Below are positions 55,947 to 64,000 of a stretch of 64,000 nucleotides of DNA, piece by piece; positions within the stretch are counted from its first letter, which is position 1; the number at the start of each line of letters is the position of its first letter. A program made the position numbers and the translations under genes. The stretch is from Thalassobaculaceae bacterium (lineage in GTDB: Bacteria; Pseudomonadota; Alphaproteobacteria; Thalassobaculales; Thalassobaculaceae): NCBI GenBank assembly GCA_963921355.3, contig OZ001190.1:4411145-4475144 (forward strand). The letters run 5' to 3'. Below the pieces are notes generated by a model. The model did not search any database. It saw only the letters and a program-made list of their open reading frames with translations, and was not told where the DNA came from.

Positions 55947-57500
55947 TCAGACGTTGCTGTCCGGGAAAGCCGCCTTACGTTCGGCGATGTAGGCGAGCAA
56001 CGCCTCGTCGATCGCCGGATCGAGGGCCGGTGCCTCATACTCCGCCAGCATCTTCTTCACCAAATCGGACGCGCGCGTATAGGCGTCGCGCTCACCCTCG
56101 GCCGACCACTGCTCATAGGTCGTGTTGTCGGCGATGGACGACCGGTAGAAGGCCGTCTCGAAGTTCGCCTGGGTGTGGCCGCAGCCGAGGAAATGCGCCC
56201 CTGGACCGACCTCGCGGATCGCGTCCAGCGCCTGTCCGTTGTCGGACAGGTCCACACCTTCGAGCATAGTGCGCATCATGGCGCACTGGTCGGCGTCCAT
56301 GACGAACTTCTCGTAGGAACTGACGAGCCCGCCTTCCAGCCAGCCGGCCGCGTGCAGGACGAAGTTCACCCCGCCGAGAACCGTCGGCAGCAGGGTATTG
56401 GTGGACTCGTAGGCCGCCTGGGCGTCAGGGACCTTGGATCCGCACAGAGAGCCGCCGGAGCGGAACGGGACCCCCAGCCGGCGCGCGAGCTGGGCGCAGG
56501 CGTAGAGCACGAGGGCCGGCTCCGGGGTTCCGAAGGTCGGCGCCCCGGACTGCATCGAGATCGAAGACGCGAAACTGCCGAAGATCACCGACGCGCCGGG
56601 GCGGCAGAGCTGGGCGAAGGCGATCCCGGCCATCGCCTCGGCCAGCGTCTGGGCCAGGGTGCCGGCGACGGTCACCGGCGACATGGCCCCGGCCAGGATG
56701 AAGGGCGTGGTGATGACCGCCTGGTTGGCGCGCGCGTAGTTCTTGAGCGCTCCCAGCATGGTGGCATCCCAGGTCATCGGCGAATTCGCGTTGATCAGCG
56801 AGACCAGGACCGTGTTGTTCTCCAGAAAATCGGCGCCGAACACGATCCGGGCCATTTCCAGGGTGTCGAGGGCGCGATCGGGGTGGGTGACCGAGCCCAT
56901 GAACGGTTTATCGGAATACTTGATATGGGCGTAGACCATGTCGAAGTGCCGTTTGTTCACCGGCAGATCGACTGGCTCGCACACCGTGCCGCCGGAATGG
57001 TGCAGCCCCGGATGGCGGCAGGCCAGTTTCACGAAGTTCTCGAAATCCTCGATCGTGGCGTAGCGGCGCCCACCTTCCATATCGCTCACAAAGGGTGGGC
57101 CGTAGACCGGCGCGAACACCGTGTTCGGCCCTCCGATCTCGATGGAATGGGCGGGGTTGCGGGCATGCTGCGTGAAGCTCGACGGGGCCGTCCGGATCAG
57201 CTCCCGCGCGAGTCCGCGGGGAATCCGCACCCGTTCGCCGTCGATGTCGGCACCGGCATCACGCCAGAGTGCCAGCGCCTCGGCATCTTCGCGGAACTCG
57301 ATTCCAACCTCGGCGAGGATCGTCTCGGCATTGGCCTCGATGATCTCCAGCCCCTCGTCGGTCAGCACATCGAAGGTTCCGACCTTTCGCTGGATGAAGG
57401 GCGTATAGACCGACGCCGCACGACCCCGTGCCACACGCCGTGCATCTCGGCCGCCACCCGCGTCCTCCTGAGCAACGACGTCAACCGCCTCTTCGGTCAT
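55947..57500 (-). CDS. MttB-superfamily (trimethylamine methyltransferase-like, non-pyrrolysine) methyltransferase
   Basis: Start at MTEEAVD, 7 nt after GGAGG. VGTFDVLTDEGLEIIEANAETILAEVGIEF is the family N-terminus. There is no in-frame TAG. Confidence 0.8.
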   Translation of the reverse strand: MTEEAVDVVAQEDAGGGRDARRVARGRAASVYTPFIQRKVGTFDVLTDEGLEIIEANAETILAEVGIEFREDAEALALWRDAGADIDGERVRIPRGLARELIRTAPSSFTQHARNPAHSIEIGGPNTVFAPVYGPPFVSDMEGGRRYATIEDFENFVKLACRHPGLHHSGGTVCEPVDLPVNKRHFDMVYAHIKYSDKPFMGSVTHPDRALDTLEMARIVFGADFLENNTVLVSLINANSPMTWDATMLGALKNYARANQAVITTPFILAGAMSPVTVAGTLAQTLAEAMAGIAFAQLCRPGASVIFGSFASSISMQSGAPTFGTPEPALVLYACAQLARRLGVPFRSGGSLCGSKVPDAQAAYESTNTLLPTVLGGVNFVLHAAGWLEGGLVSSYEKFVMDADQCAMMRTMLEGVDLSDNGQALDAIREVGPGAHFLGCGHTQANFETAFYRSSIADNTTYEQWSAEGERDAYTRASDLVKKMLAEYEAPALDPAIDEALLAYIAERKAAFPDSNV

Positions 57501-57757
57501 CGCCGGACCTCCTTCATCAATCATCTTCTTCAATGATGCGCGGCCTGAAGGTCAAAACTTGGCCGGGCGCGACCCCTTTCCGTCGTCTCCAAGCCACCCG
57601 GACGAAATCGCCGCCTGAAATCCCTCGGTTTGGGCGCCTTGATCGGGTCACCGGTTTCGTGACTTGAACGGGGTTCGGGGCGGTGCGAGACTTGTTGCTG
57701 ACAGTAACCGGCGCATCGACCGCCGCCGGGCGATCGGCGCCAAGGGAGGATCCCCTC

Positions 57758-58627
57758 ATGCGTGCGCGCATTCGCCTGCCTCTGCTAGCCGCCGCCGCGG
57801 CTCTTCTGATCACCTCAACCGCTGCCCAAGCCCAGACCGCGCCGAGCAGCCTGACCACGGCGCAAAACGGCATGCCGCCCCAGGTGCTGGGCCTCGTCGC
57901 CCATGCCACACCGATCCCGCTGACCTGCGAGGACGGCTCCTGCACCGCGCTGGTCTCGTCGTTCTGCCTTCAGGAGGACCGTCCGGCACCGGGTGACGGG
58001 CAGCGCTACCAGACGGCCGGCGCGGGTGATGTCACCCTGGTGGTCCGCAAGCGGGACGGCTCGGTGAACGAGTTCTCCGCTGCGGGGCTGATCGACTACG
58101 AGAGCGAGGGCCACTTCACCCGCACCCGTGTTTCGATGGACGCCTCTCGGCTGGCCTCGCTCGACGCTGCCGAGGTTGCGGTCCGGATCGCTCCGATGGT
58201 GTCGCTGATCCCGGTCACCGAAGACCCGGTCGCCCAAGCCGTGGTCGAACGTGACATGGAAACCGCGCTCGGGGCCCCGCGTTTCGTCGCCGAGCGGTTC
58301 TTCGCCGCCGGCACGCCCCGTGCCGACGCGGCCGTCACCATGACCCACATGATCAACTTCCTGCCGGCGGCAGTGTCCGGCGGTGTTGATCCCAATGCCA
58401 TCGACCCGACGAAACGTGAGGCGCTTTGGAACCACGTGACGACGAGCGGCGCGGTCAAGGGTCTCTCTGTGGAAGGGATCGAGCGGGCCCGTGGTGAACT
58501 GGAGCGCTGCGGACAGTTCGCCGACATGGGCATCAAGCTGACCTTGCGCGGCTGCCTCGAAAGCAGTCACGACCACACAATGCGGGAGGTCAACGACGCG
58601 TTCTGGGACGCCGAGGTCGGCTACTGA
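57758..58627 (+). CDS. secreted hypothetical protein
   Basis: ATG follows AGGGAGGA. The signal peptide is MRARIRLPLLAAAAALLITSTAAQA. No family recognised. Confidence 0.6.
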   Translation: MRARIRLPLLAAAAALLITSTAAQAQTAPSSLTTAQNGMPPQVLGLVAHATPIPLTCEDGSCTALVSSFCLQEDRPAPGDGQRYQTAGAGDVTLVVRKRDGSVNEFSAAGLIDYESEGHFTRTRVSMDASRLASLDAAEVAVRIAPMVSLIPVTEDPVAQAVVERDMETALGAPRFVAERFFAAGTPRADAAVTMTHMINFLPAAVSGGVDPNAIDPTKREALWNHVTTSGAVKGLSVEGIERARGELERCGQFADMGIKLTLRGCLESSHDHTMREVNDAFWDAEVGY

Positions 58628-58645
58628 CCGCTGGACGGATCTCTC

Positions 58646-58676
58646 GGCAGGGCCGCTTACCGGCCCTGCCTCTTTT
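58646..58676 (+). terminator. intrinsic terminator
   Basis: GGCAGGGCC-gcttacc-GGCCCTGCC followed by TCTTTT. Confidence 0.75.
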
Positions 58677-58677
58677 C

Positions 58678-59844
58678 TCAGAAACTGCGAGGCAGGCCGA
58701 GGACGTGCTCGGCCACGTAGCTCAGGATCAGGTTCGTCGACACCGGAGCGATCTGATACAGCCTGGCTTCACGGAACTTGCGTTCCACGTCGTATTCCTC
58801 GGCAAACGCGAAGCCGCCATGGGTCTGCATGCAGATCTCGGCGGCTGACCAGGCCGCCTCGGCCGCCAACATCTTCGACATGTTGGCCTCCGGCGCGCAG
58901 GGCTCACCCGCCTCGAACTTGCGCGCACCGCTCTCGGCCATCAGGGCTGCCGCCTCGGTCTCGGCATAGGCCTTGGCGATCGGGAACTGGATGGCCTGGT
59001 TCTGACCGATCGGGCGCCCGAACACCTGCCGCTCCTTGGCATAGTCGGTCGCCTTTTCGATGAACCAGCGGGCGTCGCCCAGGCTCTCGTGGGCGATCAG
59101 CAGACGTTCCGCATTCATGCCGTCGAGGATGTAGCGAAAGCCTTTGCCTTCCTGTCCGATCAGCGCGTCGGCCGGGACCTTCATGTCATCGAAGAACACC
59201 TCGGTGGTGTTGTGGTTGATCATGGTGCGGATCGGCCGGATCTCGAGCCCGTTGCCGAGAACCTCGCGCATATCGACAAGAAACACCGACAGCCCGTCGG
59301 TGCGCTTCTCGACCTGGTCGCGCGGTGTCGTCCGGGCCAACAGCAGCATCAGATCAGACTGCTCGGCGCGCGACGTCCAGATCTTCTGGCCGTTGATGAC
59401 GTAGTGGCTGTTGCCCTCGAGTCTGGCGGTCGTCCGCAGAGACAGGGTATCGGTGCCGCTGGTGGGCTCGGTCACGCCGAAGGCCTGCAGCCGCAACTCG
59501 CCCGATGCGATCCCTGGAAGGTATGCCCGCTTCTGTTCCTCGGAGCCATGCCGCAGCAGCGTGCCCATGATGTACATCTGGGCGTGGCAGGCTGCACCAT
59601 TGCATCCGGTGCGGTGAATCGTCTCCAGGATCGCGGCCGCGGCGCGCAGCCCCAGGCCGCTGCCGCCGTATTCCTCCGGGATCAGGACAGCAAGGTAGCC
59701 CGCCTCGGTCAGCGCCTGAACGAACTCGTTCGGGTAGGCGCGATCACGATTCTTCTCTCGCCAGTACTCGCCCGGGAACCGGGCGCAGAGGTCGGCAACG
59801 GCGGACTTGATATCGGCGATTACATCATCGGGTGTGGCGGTCAT
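58678..59844 (-). CDS. acyl-CoA dehydrogenase
   Basis: 388 aa. The ACAD N, middle and C domains are recognisable (GVTEPTSGTD, QTHGGFAFAEEYDVERKFREARL). Confidence 0.9.
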   Translation of the reverse strand: MTATPDDVIADIKSAVADLCARFPGEYWREKNRDRAYPNEFVQALTEAGYLAVLIPEEYGGSGLGLRAAAAILETIHRTGCNGAACHAQMYIMGTLLRHGSEEQKRAYLPGIASGELRLQAFGVTEPTSGTDTLSLRTTARLEGNSHYVINGQKIWTSRAEQSDLMLLLARTTPRDQVEKRTDGLSVFLVDMREVLGNGLEIRPIRTMINHNTTEVFFDDMKVPADALIGQEGKGFRYILDGMNAERLLIAHESLGDARWFIEKATDYAKERQVFGRPIGQNQAIQFPIAKAYAETEAAALMAESGARKFEAGEPCAPEANMSKMLAAEAAWSAAEICMQTHGGFAFAEEYDVERKFREARLYQIAPVSTNLILSYVAEHVLGLPRSF

Positions 59845-59878
59845 CTTCAGCTATCCAATCGACGGTCGGTGTAGCGGA

Positions 59879-59900
59879 CTTAAGCCGGTTCCGGCTTAAG
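59879..59900. promoter_or_regulatory. perfect 10-bp-arm palindrome upstream of the acyl-CoA dehydrogenase gene
   Basis: CTTAAGCCGG-tt-CCGGCTTAAG, 35-56 nt upstream of the start codon at 59844. Confidence 0.4.
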
Positions 59901-60077
59901 GCCAGTGCTGAATTCAGGAAACGGTGAAAACCCCAGATGTCCGAAATCAACCTGGTTACCCGGAGTTTTCGTGACCATTGATTGAGAGTTGTCCGCAGAG
60001 AAGCGGAGACGTTAGTTAAAAAACATGCTATACGCGTATCGCTTGACAATCCATTCGCTACAAAAATTTTGGTTAAC

Positions 60078-60162
60078 GCGGTACCCAGGTCCTGACGGAC
60101 TTCCTCCGTCCCGTAGCGGACATGGTCTAGAGCCGCGGCTTCCCCTCCGCGGCTTCTTTTTT
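60078..60162 (+). ncRNA. candidate small RNA with two CU-rich (anti-SD-like) hairpin loops; 5' end approximate
   Basis: A TTGACA -35 lies at 60043-60048, with an A/T-rich -10 region 16-18 nt downstream. Hairpin 1 is GACGGA-cttcc-TCCGTC (60094-60110). Hairpin 2 is AGCCGCGG-cttcccct-CCGCGGCT followed by TC-TTTTTT (60131-60162). No plus-strand CDS lies upstream that this terminator could serve. Confidence 0.4.
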
Positions 60163-60168
60163 GGTTCC

Positions 60169-60996
60169 TCAGGGTTTGCGGAAAACGCCGAGCGCCACCG
60201 CGAGGTGGTCACCGGCGAGATTGGCCGCCATGTTCCGCATCTTCTGCGGCGCCGTTTCTCCCATCAGAATATCGCCGGATTGCAGGGGCGGAGGTTCGCC
60301 CGCCGCTTCCCGACGGGCCGCGGCCTCGCGACGCTCCGCCGACCAGCGCCGGGTCTCGGCGGTGAGATCGCGGACCTCTTCGGTCTGGAAGCCCGCCGCC
60401 TCACACAGGTCCTGCATGTCCGCGGCCGGAATCAGGTGGCTGAGCCCAGCATGTTCGGCCCACGGGGCCGGATAGACCGGCGCGCCGCCGGCTCCCAGCA
60501 CCACGTCGTAGAAGCAGAACAGGCCGCCTGGGCGCAGCACCCGGTACGCCTCGCGGTAGACCCCTGCTTTGTCCGGAATGTTCATACAGGCGTGCAGAGT
60601 GACCACCAGGTCGAAATGCGCATCGGGCAATCCGGTCGCCGTCGCGTCCCCTTCGACAACGGTGATCCTATCCGCCAACCCGACCTGCCGGTTGATGGCC
60701 TCGTTGACGGCACAGAACTCCGGCGTCAGGTCCAGCGCCGTGACCTGTGCGCCGACCTCGTCGGCGAAGACACGGGCCGGCCCGCCGAGACCCGCCCCGA
60801 GGTCCAGGACCACCATCCCCTCGGCCATGGCTGTGGCCGCGATAACATCCTCGGTGCCCGCGTGGCCGCGCATATGCATCTGGTCGATCGCCGAAAAGTC
60901 GGCCCGGGTCGGCGTCGAGATCCCGAAAGCACGCAGCCGGTCGACCAGCCGGTCCATCAAATCCGTGCGCCGGTAGTGGGCTGCGACGTCGTTCAT
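60169..60996 (-). CDS. class I SAM-dependent methyltransferase
   Basis: Start at MNDVAAHYRR after GAGGAG. Motif I is VVLDLGAGLGGPARV, with the post-I acidic LD and LRPGGLF. Confidence 0.85.
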   Translation of the reverse strand: MNDVAAHYRRTDLMDRLVDRLRAFGISTPTRADFSAIDQMHMRGHAGTEDVIAATAMAEGMVVLDLGAGLGGPARVFADEVGAQVTALDLTPEFCAVNEAINRQVGLADRITVVEGDATATGLPDAHFDLVVTLHACMNIPDKAGVYREAYRVLRPGGLFCFYDVVLGAGGAPVYPAPWAEHAGLSHLIPAADMQDLCEAAGFQTEEVRDLTAETRRWSAERREAAARREAAGEPPPLQSGDILMGETAPQKMRNMAANLAGDHLAVALGVFRKP

Positions 60997-61009
60997 CTCT
61001 CGATCCTCC

Positions 61010-61999
61010 TCAACCCCAAAGCCCGGGTTCCGGCGGCATGACGCGGCTGCCGTCGAATACCAAGCCGGGTGACCGATCCTTGGCCAGCAACAACGGTCCA
61101 TCCAGATCGCCGATATCGGCGCCTTGCGCGACGATCACCCCGGGCGCCATGGCGAGCGACGTCCCGACCATGCACCCGACCATCACCTTGAACCCGCGTC
61201 GTTCCGCCTCAGCCTTGAGACGCAGGGCCTCGGTGAGGCCGCCAGTCTTGTCCAGCTTGATGTTGATCATGTCGTACTTGCCGGCCAAGGCGTCCAGACT
61301 GGCCGTGTCGTGGCAACTCTCGTCCGCGCATACGGTCGTCGGACGCGCGAGCCCAAGCAGCCCGTCATCCTGCCCGGCCGGCAGCGGCTGCTCGATCATC
61401 ACGACACCCAACTCGGCGAGCCGGGGCGCCATGTCCAAAAAGGCCTCAACGCTCCAGGCCTCGTTGGCATCGACCACCAGTTCGGTCCGCGGGGCACTCT
61501 CGCGGATCCGGGCCACCCGGATCAGATCGTCGCCGTCGCCGGTCATCTTGAGCTTCAACCGCGGTCGATCGGCATTCTCCCGTGCCGCCGCCCCCATCGC
61601 CTCCGGCGTGTCCACGGACAGGGTGTAGACCGTCGTGACCGGCTCCGGCGGGCTGGCAAGACCGGCCAGACGCCAGGCCGGCACCCCCGCCTGCTTCGCC
61701 TCCAGATCCCAGAGTGCACAGTCGACCGCGTTGCGCGCCGCACCAGGCGGCAGCCGGTCGAGCAGGCCTTCGCGATCCAAGCCGCCGGCGACGGCCTCCT
61801 TGGCCGAGTTGATCTGGGCGATCACGCTATCAACGGTCTCCCCATAGCGCGCATAGGGCACACACTCCCCGCGCCCCACCACGCCGCTGTCGGAAACCGT
61901 GGCCATCACGACCTCGGCCTCGGTACGGGCCCCGCGAGAAATCCGGAACACGCCTCGGATCGGCCAGGTCTCACGGACAACGGTCAGGGTTCGGGGCAT
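61010..61999 (-). CDS. dipeptide epimerase (enolase superfamily, L-Ala-D/L-Glu epimerase-like)
   Basis: Start at MPRTLTVVRETWPIRGVFRISRGART. Motifs: LKLKM (KxK), VVDANEAW, MIEQPL, CADES and IKLDKTGG. Confidence 0.85.
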   Translation of the reverse strand: MPRTLTVVRETWPIRGVFRISRGARTEAEVVMATVSDSGVVGRGECVPYARYGETVDSVIAQINSAKEAVAGGLDREGLLDRLPPGAARNAVDCALWDLEAKQAGVPAWRLAGLASPPEPVTTVYTLSVDTPEAMGAAARENADRPRLKLKMTGDGDDLIRVARIRESAPRTELVVDANEAWSVEAFLDMAPRLAELGVVMIEQPLPAGQDDGLLGLARPTTVCADESCHDTASLDALAGKYDMINIKLDKTGGLTEALRLKAEAERRGFKVMVGCMVGTSLAMAPGVIVAQGADIGDLDGPLLLAKDRSPGLVFDGSRVMPPEPGLWG

Positions 62000-62056
62000 G
62001 TGCGTGGCTCCGTCGGGCAAGGGTGATCCGGGCGCAGAGGCGACCGGGTTAGGGCA

Positions 62057-62548
62057 TCATTTGACCGTCAGCTTGGCGACCTGAATGTTGACGAGCAATT
62101 CCGGATCCACCAGTCCACCCAGGATCCGCCACGCGTTGTTGCGCACGCGCTGCACACCGTCATAACCGTTGAGGTCCTGCGGCGTCAGGCTCGACAGGTA
62201 GACGATCATGCCGTCGCGGATCCGCGGTTCCTGTGCAGCGATTTGCGGCACGGCCCCTTCACTGCGCAGTTCCACCGTCAGGCTGAGCAGCAGGAAAATC
62301 GGGTAGCCTCGGTTCGACTGCAGATTGACCACGAACTCGTCGAGCGTGTAGAAGACGGCGCCGAGCGGCGGCTTGAGACTCGCCGACGGCGCGAGGTTCG
62401 CGATCCGCTCCTGATCGGCCATCTCCTCGGCAGTCAACGCCGGCGGTTTCTCTCCGAGACCCGGAATGACACCGGCCAGAAACGCCCCGACGCCGGCACC
62501 GATCAGGAGCAGCAGGGGAAGCAGAACGAACAGCAGGAGCTTTTTCAT
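62057..62548 (-). CDS. fliL: FliL-family flagellar basal-body-associated protein
   Basis: 163 aa. N-terminal TM helix KKLLLFVLLPLLLLIGAGVGAF, then FYTLDEFVVNL...LLLSLTVEL...IRDGMIVYLSS, the typical FliL layout. Confidence 0.75.
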   Translation of the reverse strand: MKKLLLFVLLPLLLLIGAGVGAFLAGVIPGLGEKPPALTAEEMADQERIANLAPSASLKPPLGAVFYTLDEFVVNLQSNRGYPIFLLLSLTVELRSEGAVPQIAAQEPRIRDGMIVYLSSLTPQDLNGYDGVQRVRNNAWRILGGLVDPELLVNIQVAKLTVK

Positions 62549-62660
62549 GGCGACTCGTTGGGTTCCCGCGAGTCGCGGGATCTCGAGGGAAGTCAGATCG
62601 GCTCGATTGATATATAGTTATAGCCGATTCGGATTTCCGCAGCAGGACTGACGACACCTC

Positions 62661-62918
62661 ATGGTCAAAGCCGCACAAAGCGACTGGGCGCGGTTCGTCA
62701 AAGCGCAACCGGATCTGACGGATGCCGAACGCAGCCCTGGCGCTGCCGGATGGGCGGAATCCTTCACGATCGAACTCGCCGAGGACAACCTGCTTCTGAA
62801 GATCCGACGCGACGACGGGCGTGTCGCCCTGATCGAGCTGACACCCGACACCGCACTGTACCTGCGCGAGTACCTGAACAACGCCCTGGCAACGCTCGGC
62901 GTTCCGCGATCCGGCTGA
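62661..62918 (+). CDS. small hypothetical protein
   Basis: 85-aa ORF with normal composition. No family recognised. Confidence 0.4.
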   Translation: MVKAAQSDWARFVKAQPDLTDAERSPGAAGWAESFTIELAEDNLLLKIRRDDGRVALIELTPDTALYLREYLNNALATLGVPRSG

Positions 62919-62957
62919 CGCCGGCGCCCCATCTCCGACTGGACTCATGGGTTCGAA

Positions 62958-62981
62958 GTTCAGCGTCTCTAGACGCTGAAC
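62958..62981. terminator. perfect hairpin between convergent genes (no U-tract)
   Basis: GTTCAGCGTC-tcta-GACGCTGAAC. Confidence 0.4.
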
Positions 62982-62988
62982 GCCGTAG

Positions 62989-64000
62989 CTAGCGGCCGAC
63001 CGCGTAACCCTGCATGCCCCGAGGGTTGGCTCCGGCCTTCAACATGGGGCCGTCCTTGACCGCCGCACTCAGGCGCCCCTCCGACCAGTCCTCGCCGACA
63101 TGAACATCATGGCCCCGGCGCTCCAGCTCGGCGACGGCGGCGGATGAGACACGGCCTTCGACCACGAGGCGGCCGGGTTTACGGCCGCGCGGCCAGAACG
63201 AGCTGGGGAAGTGCTCGCTGTGGAACGCCGGGCAATCGATCGCTTCCTGCAGGTTCATGCCATGTTCGGCATGGTGCATGAACATCAGGGTCTGCCACTG
63301 ATCCTGCTGGTCCCCACCGGGGGTGCCGAACGCCATGTAGGGTTCGCCATCCCTGAGCGCGAAACTCGGTGACAGGGTCGTGCGCGGACGGCGCTTCGGC
63401 CCGAGCGCCGAAGGAGAGCGCTCGTCCAGCCAGAACATCTGCGCCCGGTTCCCCATGCAGAAGCCCAATTCAGGAATGACCGGCGAGGACTGCAGCCAGC
63501 CGCCGCTGGGCGTGGCCGAGAACATGTTACCGTCGCGATCGATGACATCGATATGGACGGTGTCGCCCTGCATCGCGCCGCTTTTTGACACCGTGGGCTC
63601 GCCAACGCCCATCCGCTCCAGCGCCCTTGGATCAATCTCGGCATCGACGCCGAGAGCAGCATCCAGATAGCCGTCATACCCCTCGATCGAGCCGGCCCGC
63701 AGTTCCAGGGACGCAGTGTCGCCGATCAGGCGTCGCCGCTCGGCGTTGTAGGCCGGCGAAAGCAGCGTGTCGGTTGGCACGTCAACGAAATCCGGATCCC
63801 CGTAGAAGGCCTCACGGTCCGCCATGGCGAGCTTTACCGCCTCGGTCACGGCGTGGATGAACTCGGGTCCGGCCGGATCCATGTCGGCGACCCCCATCCC
63901 GTCGAGCAGCGCCAATTGCTGAAGCATCGACGGTCCCTGGCTCCACGCCCCGCACTTGGCCACGGTGAAACGGCCGTAGTCGTAGGTCAGCGGGTCCTCA
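62989..64000 (-). CDS. ggt: gamma-glutamyltransferase-family protein; 5' end beyond window
   Basis: The frame stays open to the window edge (...EDPLTYDYGRFTVAKCGAWSQGPSMLQQLALLDGM...GDTVHIDVIDRDGNMFSATPSGGW...TLSPSFA), matching the GGT small/large subunit junction region. Confidence 0.8.
   Translation of the reverse strand, partial: EDPLTYDYGRFTVAKCGAWSQGPSMLQQLALLDGMGVADMDPAGPEFIHAVTEAVKLAMADREAFYGDPDFVDVPTDTLLSPAYNAERRRLIGDTASLELRAGSIEGYDGYLDAALGVDAEIDPRALERMGVGEPTVSKSGAMQGDTVHIDVIDRDGNMFSATPSGGWLQSSPVIPELGFCMGNRAQMFWLDERSPSALGPKRRPRTTLSPSFALRDGEPYMAFGTPGGDQQDQWQTLMFMHHAEHGMNLQEAIDCPAFHSEHFPSSFWPRGRKPGRLVVEGRVSSAAVAELERRGHDVHVGEDWSEGRLSAAVKDGPMLKAGANPRGMQGYAVGR

Noticed and set aside
59825-60049. 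74-aa minus-strand ORF in the ACAD-methyltransferase gap
   Set aside because: It overlaps the ACAD start region and has no RBS or start context. Its composition is odd, and the region is better explained by regulatory and sRNA elements.

Overview
High-GC bacterial chromosomal segment. My hand counts of single 60-nt lines give about 65-73% G+C in core genes. Several hallmarks look alphaproteobacterial: TTAA-N7-TTAA CtrA-type boxes, PAS_5-like and host-attachment-family proteins, a cytochrome c'/b561 pair and FliL.

Backbone genes, in order:
- gabD (partial), a GNAT, a frameshifted alpha/beta hydrolase, glmS-glmU, gph and tRNA-Val(CAC).
- A long minus-strand catabolic/transport cluster: class-III aminotransferase, polysaccharide-deacetylase-family enzyme, and a 5-gene Dpp/Opp-type ABC importer with 4-nt overlaps.
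- On the plus strand: MarR, creatininase-family, ketopantoate-reductase-family, SDR and M20 peptidase.
- Further on: DMT transporter, FtsH-like protease, host-attachment protein, cytochrome c'/b561, and a second creatininase/amidase/YjbQ/deacetylase group.
- Then AlkA, PAS-GGDEF-EAL, SRAP, a CoxL-like Mo-hydroxylase subunit, CysQ, LtaE, an MttB-family methyltransferase, acyl-CoA dehydrogenase, a SAM methyltransferase, dipeptide epimerase, FliL and GGT (partial).

Two lower-GC accessory blocks stand out.

(i) A 7.8-kb island lies between tRNA-Val and a perfect 45-bp copy of the tRNA 3' half (7479-15399).
- It has no integrase. It carries an excisionase-like HTH gene, a dnaB C-terminal remnant and an iteron-like repeat cluster.
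- It also carries a lipoprotein + S1 protease operon.
- Most interesting is a two-gene module: a pentapeptide-repeat membrane protein followed by a membrane-anchored STAND P-loop NTPase with a C-terminal LRR domain that I predict to be periplasmic. I propose this as a candidate undescribed conflict/defence or envelope-surveillance system.

(ii) A 5.7-kb block (30.2-35.9 kb) has no mobility genes.
- It holds two tandem KdoO-like (Fe/2OG dioxygenase-like) paralogs. The second is a compositional chimera and is frameshifted.
- It also holds a GT-B-like glycosyltransferase and two unknown proteins, each preceded by a perfect CtrA box.

Other points: a candidate small RNA with CU-rich anti-SD loops and an orphan intrinsic terminator at about 60.08-60.16 kb, and three single-base frameshifts that could be assembly homopolymer errors or real pseudogenisation. 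All functional calls come from motif recognition by eye. No database search was possible.
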